DNA from: Candidatus Nomurabacteria bacterium
GTDB lineage: Bacteria > Patescibacteriota > Minisyncoccia > Phycocordibacterales > UBA9973
Direction of reading: 5' to 3'
Assembly (NCBI GenBank): GCA_023267375.1
Contig: JAHFNJ010000004.1
Location: forward strand, 513 to 64,512
Length of the DNA stretch: 64,000 nucleotides
In this document: positions 17,199-28,080 of the stretch, one piece after another
How the letters are laid out: each line of letters begins with the position of its first letter
Numbering within the stretch: position 1 is the first letter of the stretch
Made by a program: the position numbers and the translations under genes
Notes under the pieces: model-generated
The model's input: only the letters and a program-made list of their open reading frames with translations
The model's database searches: none
What the model was told of the DNA's origin: nothing

Positions 17199-18404
17199 AT
17201 GTATCAAAAACATTCTGGAAGCAATTCCAAGGGGCGTCCGTCGTACGGTCGTCCAGTTCGCAACCATGGCGGCGGTAACCGCGGTCGTGGCTTCAAGGGA
17301 CAACATATCGATGTCTCAAAATTTATCAACAAAGCCGTCATCACTGAAAAGATGCCGCATTTTATACCTGAGCACGCATTCAAAGATTTCATTATCGATG
17401 AGCGTTTAAAGGCTAATATCATCAAGAAAGGCTACGTTACGCCAACTCCGATTCAGGATCGAGCGATTCCGTACGCACTCAAAGGTGCTGATATTGTCGG
17501 CATTGCAAACACTGGTACTGGTAAAACAGCAGCGTTTCTTATTCCGCTTATCGACAAAGTATTGAAAGGCCCGAAAGAATCGGTGCTGATCGTCGTACCA
17601 ACTCGTGAACTCGCAACGCAAATCGAAGATGAACTTCGCGGATTTGCCGGGGGACTCAAACTCTTCGGCGTGACCTGTGTCGGTGGTGAAAATATCGGTA
17701 AACAAATCCGTGATCTCCGCTACCATAACCACTTCGTATTAGGCACCCCAGGACGCCTCAAAGACCTTATAGAGCGCAAGGCGCTTGATTTGTCGCAATT
17801 CCGTACAATCGTGCTCGATGAAGCTGATCGCATGCTTGATATGGGATTTATCGCTGACATGAAATTCATGATGGCAAAAATGCCAAAAGAACGTCAGACA
17901 CTTTTCTTTTCTGCAACAATGTCACGCGAGATCGAAGCGCTCATTAAAGATTTCTTGAACGAACCAATTTCAATTTCAGTAAAAACTGGCGACACCGCAA
18001 AAAGTGTTGAACAAGATGTTGTTCGTATCGCAAAAGGAAAAACAAAAATTGAAGTACTCCATGATCTATTAACTGAGGCTGACTTCAAAAAAGTACTTGT
18101 CTTCGGCCGAACAAAACACGGTGTTGAGAAGCTTTCGAAAGAATTAACGACTCGTGGCTTCAAATCTGAGTCAATCCATGGCAATAAGAACCAATCAAAG
18201 CGCCAAAAAGCCCTCGATATGTTCAAAAGCAACAAATTGCAGGTATTGGTCGCAACAGACGTTGCTGCCCGTGGAATCGACGTAAACGACGTCTCACATG
18301 TCATTAACTTCGACGTTCCAGCCACATACGAGGATTACGTACACCGAATCGGCCGAACCGGCCGCGGTGGCAAGAAAGGGAAAGCGTTGACCTTTGTTGA
18401 GTAA
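17199..18404 (+). CDS. DEAD-box ATP-dependent RNA helicase with N-terminal RGG/Gly-rich tail
   Basis: Motif I 'NTGTGKTAAF', 'PTRELA', 'VLDEADRMLDMGF', 'SAT', 'HRIGRTGRGG'. Confidence 0.9.
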   Translation: MYQKHSGSNSKGRPSYGRPVRNHGGGNRGRGFKGQHIDVSKFINKAVITEKMPHFIPEHAFKDFIIDERLKANIIKKGYVTPTPIQDRAIPYALKGADIVGIANTGTGKTAAFLIPLIDKVLKGPKESVLIVVPTRELATQIEDELRGFAGGLKLFGVTCVGGENIGKQIRDLRYHNHFVLGTPGRLKDLIERKALDLSQFRTIVLDEADRMLDMGFIADMKFMMAKMPKERQTLFFSATMSREIEALIKDFLNEPISISVKTGDTAKSVEQDVVRIAKGKTKIEVLHDLLTEADFKKVLVFGRTKHGVEKLSKELTTRGFKSESIHGNKNQSKRQKALDMFKSNKLQVLVATDVAARGIDVNDVSHVINFDVPATYEDYVHRIGRTGRGGKKGKALTFVE

Positions 18405-18431
18405 TTAAAAAAATAAATTGCACACAACAGG

Positions 18432-18460
18432 GAAGCCACGTTCACGCGTGGCTTTTTTGT
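18432..18460 (+). terminator. Rho-independent terminator after helicase
   Basis: 'gaagccacgttcacgcgtggcttttttg'. Confidence 0.6.
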
Positions 18461-18603
18461 TGAATGAAAATATATAAAGGTTTATTTAGTAAGAGGAAAA
18501 AACTCCTATGCTATGTCGCAAAAGATATATTGTGCGACATATATCCTAGAGAGAAGAAGGGCCTCGAAAGACCCTCCCTCTTGCCAAAAATGGCTCTTTG
18601 TTG

Positions 18604-19521
18604 CTATCCCTGAATACAGCTGTTAAGTGCATTTATTTCTTTGTTGTACACTGCAATTTTATTCTGCGTTTCTTTTAGTAAGTTGTTATAAACTGTTACT
18701 AAATTATTATATTCTTCAACAGTCGCCGTATACGGACTTCCGTCAGTGCTCCCCTCTTCATCCATCTTTTTTCGCAGCTCATCAAGTCGTTCGTTATCAG
18801 CATCGATCTGATTTTGGTTTTCATCAATATCTTTCTTGAGTGCTACATTAATTTCTGGACAACTGCTACGTGGAAGACCAAAATGCTGTACCGCGAGCCA
18901 CATCGTTTCTCCTTGGTAAGAACCTTCAAGCACACCAACACCGATTTCAGTAAAACGGGTATTTAAAATATTGGCACGGTGACCAGGACTATTCATCCAG
19001 GCATCCACAATTTCTTTTGAGCTCTCAAAATTTCCTAGTGCCAAGTTTTCTCCAACGACGATGTAATCATATCCAGCGTCTGATACCAACGTCACAACAG
19101 TGCTACCATTTGGTGAAGTATGTTCAAAATATTGTTGTGCAAACATATCCTTAACTTTTACCAGCGCTGAAGCATCTAACTCTTTATTTTGAGAAAGAGG
19201 TGGCAAGTTTTGTGAAGCGCGAGCGTTATTCGTTTCGGTAATGATGCCACCTAATGTTACTGCATTAGCGGAAGTAGCAGCTTCATTATTTTTTGAAACG
19301 GCCTTCTCGACAACCTTTTTGATAACCTTAAGTGGCCCAGGAGTGAGCGGTGTCTCTTGGGTAATGAGTGGCAAGACGGCAGAAGAAGCCCGCCCGAGTG
19401 TCTGGCTGATTGTATCGCCACCCTTTTCAATAATCGGCTTCAAGTCTCCCTGCAAGAAAAAAACCGATGCAAAGACGAACAAGACAGTAAAGATGCTTAA
19501 AATATTTTTATTATTTCTCAT
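18604..19521 (-). CDS. Secreted CAP/SCP (PR-1-like, YkwD-like) domain protein with C-terminal coiled coil
   Basis: 'IVDAWMNSPGHRANILNTRFTEIGVGV' is the CAP-domain signature; N-terminal TM/signal. Confidence 0.7.
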   Translation of the reverse strand: MRNNKNILSIFTVLFVFASVFFLQGDLKPIIEKGGDTISQTLGRASSAVLPLITQETPLTPGPLKVIKKVVEKAVSKNNEAATSANAVTLGGIITETNNARASQNLPPLSQNKELDASALVKVKDMFAQQYFEHTSPNGSTVVTLVSDAGYDYIVVGENLALGNFESSKEIVDAWMNSPGHRANILNTRFTEIGVGVLEGSYQGETMWLAVQHFGLPRSSCPEINVALKKDIDENQNQIDADNERLDELRKKMDEEGSTDGSPYTATVEEYNNLVTVYNNLLKETQNKIAVYNKEINALNSCIQG

Positions 19522-19548
19522 ATATAGTTTGAGTGATTAGTTGATGCC

Positions 19549-19971
19549 TTAGACGTCAGGACATGAAGCTGACTTCGTGTACCCGGCCGCCTCTGCCTCT
19601 TCTTTTGTATTAAAATAAATCTTATTTGCCTCGCTTAAATTATTTGCAGCGCTACAAGAGGTAGGATAGTACCGCTTGCCATGGCTTGAGGCCACATAAG
19701 CCCCAGTAGTCGCTTTTGGGGTGGCCGAAATGGTACTAGTAGGGGTCGGCACTGCTACAGTCCTATCAGAAGAAGCTGCCGCCAAAGCTTGATTTTGCAA
19801 GGGTAAAACACCTTGCTCTATAACTACCGACGATGTATCCTCTTTCGAGAAGCGACCCAACCCAAACGACCCAAATGCCACAAGGATGATAATGGCTGCA
19901 ATATATAGGTCTTTTCCGGTATCTGATGATCCTACGGTCTTGATCTTTTGCCCTAGATCATGTATACTCAT
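19549..19971 (-). CDS. Membrane-anchored protein with C-terminal Cys-containing Ada-like zinc-binding ('sunset'-like) domain
   Basis: 'YVASSHGKRYYPTSCSAANNLSEANKIYFNTKEEAEAAGYTKSASC' resembles the Ada_Zn_binding pattern ..C....F.s.eEAeaAGyr.C. Confidence 0.4.
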   Translation of the reverse strand: MSIHDLGQKIKTVGSSDTGKDLYIAAIIILVAFGSFGLGRFSKEDTSSVVIEQGVLPLQNQALAAASSDRTVAVPTPTSTISATPKATTGAYVASSHGKRYYPTSCSAANNLSEANKIYFNTKEEAEAAGYTKSASCPDV

Positions 19972-20056
19972 AAAACCATTATATTATAGGTAACTGTAGT
20001 TTGCTAGCTAATAGGGTATTTATCCCCTGTTTGCTTGTCACTATTTATTAAATTCC

Positions 20057-20329
20057 ATGGCACATAGAAAAGCCGGCGGTTCCGCCAAAAACCTAAGAGA
20101 TTCAAATCCAAAGTACCTGGGCACCAAGCTCTACGATGGCGAGACAGCAAAAGTAGGCTCTGTAATCGTCCGCCAGCGCGGCACGAGAATCATGGCTGGA
20201 AACAATGTCCGCGTCGGAAAAGACCACACTCTTTTTGCAATGAAAGCTGGAAAGGTGAAATTTGGTACCACACGCAAGGCACACTTCAACGGAAAAGTAC
20301 TCTTAAAGAAAACTGTTTCAGTTCAATAA
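20057..20329 (+). CDS. rpmA: 50S ribosomal protein L27
   Basis: '[22 protein letters not shown]...GKDHTLFA'. Confidence 0.9.
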   Translation: MAHRKAGGSAKNLRDSNPKYLGTKLYDGETAKVGSVIVRQRGTRIMAGNNVRVGKDHTLFAMKAGKVKFGTTRKAHFNGKVLLKKTVSVQ

Positions 20330-20353
20330 GACTGTATAAAATCTAAAAAAACA

Positions 20354-20389
20354 AAACCCCTACGACTTGTAGGGGTTTTGTTTTTTTTA
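20354..20389. terminator. Bidirectional terminator between rpmA(+) and rplI(-)
   Basis: 'aaaacccctacgacttgtaggggttttgtttttttt'. Confidence 0.7.
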
Positions 20390-20410
20390 GTGATGAATAC
20401 TATCGAGAAA

Positions 20411-20869
20411 TTACTTTTTTGTTTTTGCCTCTGGCTCAATGACAAGCGTAAAAGATCCTTTCACATCATCAATATGCGCGCCAATTGAAAATGTACCAAG
20501 CATCTTAATCGGTGTTTCAATAACGAGATTTTCTGGTGCAATGTGCGTACGATGCTTTACTTTGAGCGCTTCCACAATATCATCAGGATGTATTGCTGAA
20601 AAAAGATGTCCTTTTTCATTTGCGGATCGCTTGAGTGTTACCGTTATCGCTTCGAGTTCTTTTATATTTTTTACTAAGAGATCGTGCTGTACTTTCTTTT
20701 CAATGTACGCAGTCTTTTTCATTTTTTCGATTTTTGCAATTGCCTCAGGTGTTGCCATTTCAGCCAATTTTTGTGGAATAAGAAAATTGCGTGCGTATCC
20801 ATCATTCATTTCTTTTACCTCTCCTTTTCGTCCAATCTTTTTTATGTCTTTAAGTAGAATAACTTTCAT
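20411..20869 (-). CDS. rplI: 50S ribosomal protein L9
   Basis: 'MKVILLKDIKKIGRKGEVKEMNDGYARNFLIPQKLA'. Confidence 0.85.
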   Translation of the reverse strand: MKVILLKDIKKIGRKGEVKEMNDGYARNFLIPQKLAEMATPEAIAKIEKMKKTAYIEKKVQHDLLVKNIKELEAITVTLKRSANEKGHLFSAIHPDDIVEALKVKHRTHIAPENLVIETPIKMLGTFSIGAHIDDVKGSFTLVIEPEAKTKK

Positions 20870-21032
20870 CCTGTTTAGAAGCAGGTCGCGGTCAACAAAC
20901 CGAAATGCTGCCTATATAATTAAACTTATAAATCATTTTCATACTAAACAATAAACCCAGATTACGCAACTGCGACCACACCCACCTATCCGACAGACAA
21001 GGCTTCTAGTGGAGTTCCTATTTTCTTGAGAA

Positions 21033-22247
21033 TTACTTCAATAACTCTACGGCCTTATCCATCTGCGGATCTTTTTTAGCTTCAATATCCTTAGCGGTAA
21101 TTCCAACTTTTACATCAGGAGTCAATCCTTGTTTAGAAATAGAGATACCGTTTGGTGTGAGCCATTTAGCAATAGTAATCTTAACCGAAGTATTAGAAGT
21201 AACATCGATTACCTCCTGCACAGAGCCCTTGCCATACGTCTGTTCTCCCACAAGTTTTCCTATACCATTTTCAGAAAGTGCCCCTGCCACAATTTCAGAC
21301 GCTGAAGCAGAACCGCCATCTACCAATATAATCATTTCATTTTTCTTTTCGTCCCAAATGTCATACCCCTTGCTTCGATGCACCGTTTGCGGCTGGCTGG
21401 TACCATAGTCTTCACTGACAATCTTTGTTCCTGCTGGCAAAAACCAGCTCGCAATATCGATTGCTCCATCAAGATAGCCACCTGGGTCACCTCGCAAATC
21501 GAGGATTAGTTTTGTATCTCCGCTCGCCTGAAAATCTTTCATGGCTTTACGGAAGAGATCTGGTGCTCCTTCAGAAAACTGGTAGAGCTTTATAACAAAA
21601 ATACCATCAGGACGTTTTTCAGTATCGAGTGTTGGTATGTTGATAATGCCACGAACAATCGTTACATCACGTGGGGCAGTGTCCCCTTCATGAATGAGTG
21701 TCAGCGTCACCTTCGTCCCCTCTTTTCCTCGAATGAGCGAGATCGCTTTATCAATATCCATGTCAGAAGTGGTAACACCATCTATTTTTACAATAAAATC
21801 TCCGGCTTTCACTCCTGCTTTGTATGCAGGGGTATCTTTCAGTGGAGCGATCACGTTTAGAGTTTTATCTTTCATGCCGATTTCAATCCCAATACCACCA
21901 AAAGATCCTGTGACTTCGTCTTTAAACTGTTGTGATTCTTCTGGTGAAAAAAAGACGCTGTATGGATCATTCAATGATCCAACGAGGCCTTTGATCGCCC
22001 CGTACATGCGATCCTCTGTGCTTACATTACTTGCACCAGGAAATTTTTCATCAATTAAATGCCATATTTTCCAAAAAGTATTGAAATCTGTTCCAGAAAC
22101 GGCACCGTCGGCAGTATTGGTAATTCCTGTAACTTGGTTTGCGAGCAGACGATGTGCAACTCCGACAAAAATACCGAGTGCAAAAAATAACACGGCAATG
22201 GAGATCAAACTAACATTGGTTGTGAGGTTTTTTTTAATATTGTGCAT
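21033..22247 (-). CDS. ctpA: Carboxyl-terminal processing protease (S41) with PDZ domain
   Basis: PDZ 'GIGIEIGM...GVKAGDFIVKIDG', S41 'LVDGGSASASEIVAGAL'; N-terminal TM. Confidence 0.85.
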   Translation of the reverse strand: MHNIKKNLTTNVSLISIAVLFFALGIFVGVAHRLLANQVTGITNTADGAVSGTDFNTFWKIWHLIDEKFPGASNVSTEDRMYGAIKGLVGSLNDPYSVFFSPEESQQFKDEVTGSFGGIGIEIGMKDKTLNVIAPLKDTPAYKAGVKAGDFIVKIDGVTTSDMDIDKAISLIRGKEGTKVTLTLIHEGDTAPRDVTIVRGIINIPTLDTEKRPDGIFVIKLYQFSEGAPDLFRKAMKDFQASGDTKLILDLRGDPGGYLDGAIDIASWFLPAGTKIVSEDYGTSQPQTVHRSKGYDIWDEKKNEMIILVDGGSASASEIVAGALSENGIGKLVGEQTYGKGSVQEVIDVTSNTSVKITIAKWLTPNGISISKQGLTPDVKVGITAKDIEAKKDPQMDKAVELLK

Positions 22248-22252
22248 ATATT

Positions 22253-23515
22253 TTATTGATTGGCAGTTACTTTTTCAAACGCATCTTCATGATATTTGTT
22301 TGCTGGATCCCATACCATCCATGATTCTACTCCAGCATCTTTCGCAGCCTTCAGTTCTAATTTAACCATATCTGTCGTATATTTGGCACCCAGATCAAAA
22401 TCTTGTATCCAAGGGCGGATCTGCGTGTACGAAATACTGTTTCGTATATCTTCTGGATTTGTCAGATCATTTTTAAATTTCTCTATCTTATTTTTTGCAT
22501 CATTCATTGCATGAAGAATAATCTGATACGGATCTGCCGCAGGATTTGCAATACCATACTCTCCCTTATTGTAGTGTGATGGATACACCATCGGAGCAAT
22601 GTAATCAAAATACGGCAGTGCTTTTTCAAGCACTTGTCCTATCCCAAGGTCATCTCGTGCGCTCGTAACCAACCCGAAAAGATCAGCAGATGTTTTTAGT
22701 TCGGGGACACTTGTTTTTAAATTTGTTGAAAGATATTTAAAAAATGTTTCAAGATTATCAGCACGAGTGGTTTTGACGCCATTTGCATCAGTAACCAATT
22801 TGTAGTCAATATTCTTTATGTCTCCATCCGAAGGATACCGGATGTAATCGAAGTTTATTTCATCAAAACCATTCTCATATGACTCCTTCGCAAGCGCCAC
22901 TATATACTCCCAAACTTTTGGATTTGCTGGATCAAGGAACGAAAGTCCTTTACGGTCTTTCCATACCATGCCATCACTTTTACGAAGAACGGCCCACTCT
23001 GGGTGCGTTCCCGTCATATACGGATCTTGGAATGTTGAAATACGGCCAATAACATAAATATTTTTTGCATGTAGTGCGTTGATAATTTCTCGGATATTTG
23101 GGATAGAACGCTCTCCTGAACCAAGCGCAACCAAAGCTGGGTCAGTCAATGGAAATGAAACTTTCCCTGAGTAATCTTTGATATCAATAACAACAGCATT
23201 GATTTCTGTACGATCAGCTATTCCAATGATTCGTTCGCGTGATTTTGTATTCCCCGCCACCCACTTCGTGATATAGAGCGCTTTTACAGTACTAGGTTCT
23301 GGAATATGAGTTGCTGCTACGATTACAGGCAACGTCGGATCTACTACCGGAAGAGGAGCTACTTCTTGAGCGCCGAGAACATCCTCTGTATTTTCGCTAG
23401 CATAAATAGATGCATCATACGACTCGGTTGAATCGACAAAAAACAGGACCGCAATAAGTACGGCCCCCGCAAAAATAACAAGAAGGAACAAGTGTAGTAT
23501 TTCCTTTTTCTTCAT
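22253..23515 (-). CDS. Putative glycoside-hydrolase-like TIM-barrel protein (GHL10/DUF4015-like), N-terminal TM
   Basis: 'AVVIDIKDYSGKVSF', 'NFDYIRYP' resemble GHL10/DUF4015 families; the assignment is tentative. Confidence 0.45.
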   Translation of the reverse strand: MKKKEILHLFLLVIFAGAVLIAVLFFVDSTESYDASIYASENTEDVLGAQEVAPLPVVDPTLPVIVAATHIPEPSTVKALYITKWVAGNTKSRERIIGIADRTEINAVVIDIKDYSGKVSFPLTDPALVALGSGERSIPNIREIINALHAKNIYVIGRISTFQDPYMTGTHPEWAVLRKSDGMVWKDRKGLSFLDPANPKVWEYIVALAKESYENGFDEINFDYIRYPSDGDIKNIDYKLVTDANGVKTTRADNLETFFKYLSTNLKTSVPELKTSADLFGLVTSARDDLGIGQVLEKALPYFDYIAPMVYPSHYNKGEYGIANPAADPYQIILHAMNDAKNKIEKFKNDLTNPEDIRNSISYTQIRPWIQDFDLGAKYTTDMVKLELKAAKDAGVESWMVWDPANKYHEDAFEKVTANQ

Positions 23516-23552
23516 GCAAAATAAAATGAACGTCGCTTAAAAAATAATCGCA

Positions 23553-23828
23553 CTAAACGTTTGGAATTTTAATATCACTCATTGGAGATGCAGCCAGCAT
23601 GTCACGATTGTCCGTATAGGTACTCATGCCATCTTTTTTCTTAGGCAAAGAATTCTTTTTTTCTCGATACAAAAGATAGGCAAGGAACGTAACTAAGAGG
23701 CCGAAGAAAATAAAAAATATTTTTTTCCAACTCGCAGGAAACCCACTAAATGGCAAGAGGGCGATGATAATTCCGGCAAGAAATACAAGACGCTGTTTAA
23801 TCATGCGCTGATTATACACGTAATTCAA
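23553..23828 (-). CDS. Hypothetical small membrane protein
   Basis: Two TM segments; ORF only. Confidence 0.35.
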   Translation of the reverse strand: MNYVYNQRMIKQRLVFLAGIIIALLPFSGFPASWKKIFFIFFGLLVTFLAYLLYREKKNSLPKKKDGMSTYTDNRDMLAASPMSDIKIPNV

Positions 23829-23852
23829 ATGAGAAGCAAAAGTGCGCTTTTT

Positions 23853-24545
23853 TTAGCGAGCTTCCACCAAAACCACAAATTCCCCCTTGGTTTTTTCAGG
23901 TTGTGTGGTGAGATACAGTTCAAGTTCTGTGGCCGTTCCAGACACAATTTCTTCAAATTTCTTGGTAAGTTCCCGCCCTAAAGCAATTTTCCTACCCTCC
24001 TCCAAGCATTCCTTCAAAGATGCGAGAGTTTTCATGATGCGGTGGGTTGATTCATAAAACACGACAGTCCGATCGGAGAGGGTTATCTCTTTAAAAAGTG
24101 TCTCTCTCCCCTTCTTGTGCGGTAAAAATCCTAAGAAGGTAAACGATGAGGTATCAAAACCAGAAGCAGAAAGCGCAGTAATGAGCGCAGATGGTCCAGG
24201 GATTGGAATGATCCGAGCTTCAGGCAATTGTTCGCGAATATGGCGAACGAGCAGAGCTCCAGGATCAGAGATTGATGGTGTACCAGCATCTGACACGAGT
24301 GCCAAATTTTTTCCATCTTCTAATTTTCCGATGATGTCTTTTTCACGCGAGAGCTTGCTATGGCTATGGTAACTCATCGTTGGCTTGTTAATTGAGTAGC
24401 GATCAAGCAGTTTTTTTGTCGTCCGCGTGTCTTCACACAAGATAAGGTCAACTTCTTTCAACGTCGAAAGCGCTCGAAGCGTGATGTCCTCAAGATTACC
24501 GATTGGCGTTGCCACCACATAGAGAGTGCCGGGAATATTATGCAT
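23853..24545 (-). CDS. rsmI: 16S rRNA (cytidine1402-2'-O)-methyltransferase
   Basis: 'LYVVATPIGNLEDITLRALSTLKEVDLILCEDTR' tetrapyrrole-methylase/RsmI N-terminus. Start chosen at the ATG 24545 (the track start at 24587 adds 14 aa). Confidence 0.8.
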   Translation of the reverse strand: MHNIPGTLYVVATPIGNLEDITLRALSTLKEVDLILCEDTRTTKKLLDRYSINKPTMSYHSHSKLSREKDIIGKLEDGKNLALVSDAGTPSISDPGALLVRHIREQLPEARIIPIPGPSALITALSASGFDTSSFTFLGFLPHKKGRETLFKEITLSDRTVVFYESTHRIMKTLASLKECLEEGRKIALGRELTKKFEEIVSGTATELELYLTTQPEKTKGEFVVLVEAR

Positions 24546-24975
24546 GAGCGTGATTCTTGGAGTGATTGATAAGAAGGAAAAAAGCAACCGAAATGAGTGC
24601 CAGATTTTTTATGATGTACTGCCCTTCAAGAGTTGGAACAAAAGGCTTCTGCCACGTCACTTCTGGTAAACATACAAGTGGCAGAAAAGTTGTAATCATA
24701 TGCAGAATAAAAAGAATAAACACCAAACGGGTCGCTTTTGGAATTAAAAATAAAACACCGATTAGCATTTCAAAAAGTCCGAACAAAAGGATGAACGTAT
24801 CAAATGATATAAAAGGAAGCGTTTTTGCTTCAAGTTCTGCTACAAGTGGATTTGCGGGACTTAGAGAAAGTACTTTTAAAAGCCCGAACCAGAAGAAAAT
24901 AACAAAGAGTGCTATTCGCCCAAACGGAACGCTATATTTTTCAATCCATGAATGTGTAGTTTGAGATTCTTGCAT
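24538..24975 (-). CDS. DoxX-like membrane protein
   Basis: 4-TM protein with DoxX-like spacing; tentative. Confidence 0.45.
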   Translation of the reverse strand: MQESQTTHSWIEKYSVPFGRIALFVIFFWFGLLKVLSLSPANPLVAELEAKTLPFISFDTFILLFGLFEMLIGVLFLIPKATRLVFILFILHMITTFLPLVCLPEVTWQKPFVPTLEGQYIIKNLALISVAFFLLINHSKNHAHA

Positions 24976-24987
24976 AGGACAAGTATA

Positions 24988-25896
24988 TCATGCAGTCTGG
25001 AAGTTTTTTTGAGCAACTCGCTCTTTCCAATCTTTCTCACAATTTACATCACAGTAAGTACTCTCAAGTTCTGGAGAACAGTTTTCACAAACGAGAAAAT
25101 GACGGTGACACATCAAATTTTTACAGTTCACATAACGTTCAGATGGCACGTTGCATCGCTCGCAACTACCGATAATAGTATGGTTTGCAGGGTTATCAAA
25201 ATGCATCGTGATGCGGTTATCAAAAACATACAGCGATCCTTTAAAATCACGGCCTGGATATTTTTCCATGTATGAAACAATGCCGCCATCGAGCTGGTGT
25301 ACATTTTGGAATCCTTGTTTCTTCAAAAATCCAGACGCTTTTTCGCAACGCACGCCACCAGTACAAACCGTAAGCACTGGCTTATCTTTTAAGTGAGCAA
25401 GTGTACCTACTTTGTCGCGTAGATCACGGAAATTGGCGAGGCCAGGGAAAATAGTATTCTCAAACTTCCCCACCTTAAGCTCGTAATCATTGCGCATATC
25501 GACAATATAAAATTCACGGCCTTCTTGATACCACTGATGCAACTCTTCGGGTTTCAGACGCTCGCCTGTTACTTCGTTTGGATCAAAATCAGTATCATGA
25601 AGATGAAGCGATACAATCTCGGGACGGACACGCACACGCAACCGTGGAAACGCTTCTCCAGTACCGGCACTCTTCTTCCAGTGAATATCGGCAAAGCGTG
25701 GATCAGCCTTCATGATTTCCATGTATTTCTGCACATTTTCCGTTGTGCCTTCAAAAGTACCGTTTATCCCCTCATGGGCTATGATGAGTCGCCCCTTCAT
25801 GCCAAGCTCGTTTAAAAGCCCAATTTGAGCCTTTTTAAGGCCCTCTGGGTCATCGATGCGGACATATTTGTAGAAAAGGATGATGGTATATTCCAT
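24988..25896 (-). CDS. trhO: Rhodanese-domain tRNA U34 hydroxylase (UPF0176/YceA)
   Basis: 'ILFYKYVRIDDPE...AHEGINGT' and rhodanese 'CTGGVRCEKASGFL' with a C-terminal Cys cluster. Confidence 0.75.
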   Translation of the reverse strand: MEYTIILFYKYVRIDDPEGLKKAQIGLLNELGMKGRLIIAHEGINGTFEGTTENVQKYMEIMKADPRFADIHWKKSAGTGEAFPRLRVRVRPEIVSLHLHDTDFDPNEVTGERLKPEELHQWYQEGREFYIVDMRNDYELKVGKFENTIFPGLANFRDLRDKVGTLAHLKDKPVLTVCTGGVRCEKASGFLKKQGFQNVHQLDGGIVSYMEKYPGRDFKGSLYVFDNRITMHFDNPANHTIIGSCERCNVPSERYVNCKNLMCHRHFLVCENCSPELESTYCDVNCEKDWKERVAQKNFQTA

Positions 25897-26150
25897 ACGA
25901 ATAAGATTATACTAAATTTTGCAAAAGAAAAGCCCCTCGCGATTGTGCGAAGGACTTCCTGTTTCAGTCGTTGTTTCAAGCGACAGTAATACTTTGAATT
26001 ATTGGGGGGCTGTGGTTAGAAATAGCTCTTAAGCAAGAGTAATCCCTTACGGGGGTTACATAGGGATTATCGGCCTTACAGGGCAGATTGCTTAAAAAAC
26101 ATAGCGCCACGACCACTATCTGTGGCGCATAGAAGAACAGAGCTAATGCG

Positions 26151-26179
26151 ATACTAGCATATAGTAGTGCACTTGTCAA
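26151..26179 (-). promoter_or_regulatory. Sigma70-like promoter on minus strand: TTGACA-17 nt-TAGTAT
   Basis: Plus-strand 'atacta'(26151-26156) ... 'tgtcaa'(26174-26179); lies about 250 nt upstream of trhO. Confidence 0.35.
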
Positions 26180-26190
26180 TACAACAGAAA

Positions 26191-26222
26191 AATGCCTATT
26201 TCTTCTGGAATAGGCATTTTTC
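26191..26222. terminator. Bidirectional terminator at end of atp operon
   Basis: 'aatgcctatttcttctggaataggcatttttc' with flanking A and T runs. Confidence 0.7.
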
Positions 26223-26240
26223 TTTGGGTCTTTAGATATA

Positions 26241-26687
26241 CTATTTTCTGTATTTTTTTAATCGCCATTTGTCGGCGATTTTCACGCGTGTGAGCGAGCG
26301 TTCAAGTTCAGCTTCAAAGTGTTCAAAGTCAACAATTTCACCCTTGTCATGGAGAGTCTTGAGTTCAGCTGCGCGGGCTTTTGCTTTCATGATTGCCTCA
26401 TCGGTAATATCAGCCACGTGTTCAGCAAAATCAGCAAGGATAATCACTTCTGTAACATTGTCGTTTTTCTTCACTTCAATAAAACCACCAGAGACAGCAA
26501 ACGGAATATGCTCGCCATTTGCAACAGCTACAACATCGCCGGACTTGAGTGCAGAGACAAGCGGAATATGTTCCGGAAGCACGGTAATCTCCCCTGCCAT
26601 GGTTGGCAAAGTAACCTGATTTACTTCTTCTTCAAGAACCACCTTTTCAGGGGTAACGATTTTTAATTTGAGAGTTTTTGCTGACAT
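26241..26687 (-). CDS. atpC: F1 ATP synthase epsilon subunit
   Basis: 'LKLKIVTPEKVVLEEEV..VTLPTMAGEITVLPEHIPL'. Confidence 0.85.
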   Translation of the reverse strand: MSAKTLKLKIVTPEKVVLEEEVNQVTLPTMAGEITVLPEHIPLVSALKSGDVVAVANGEHIPFAVSGGFIEVKKNDNVTEVIILADFAEHVADITDEAIMKAKARAAELKTLHDKGEIVDFEHFEAELERSLTRVKIADKWRLKKYRK

Positions 26688-26689
26688 TT

Positions 26690-28063
<1,374 letters not shown>

Positions 28064-28080
28064 TTATAACTTTTAATTTC

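Noticed and set aside
25897-26240. RNase P RNA, tmRNA or SRP RNA in the atpC-trhO gap
   Set aside because: There is a 'GGAAGUCC' string on the minus strand, but it is at the wrong position and lacks the rest of P4 (AGGAAAGUCCGGGCUCC). There is no tmRNA 5' GGGGCUGAU.../3' UCCACCA ends and no SRP domain IV motif. Kept only as an unclassified structured-RNA candidate.
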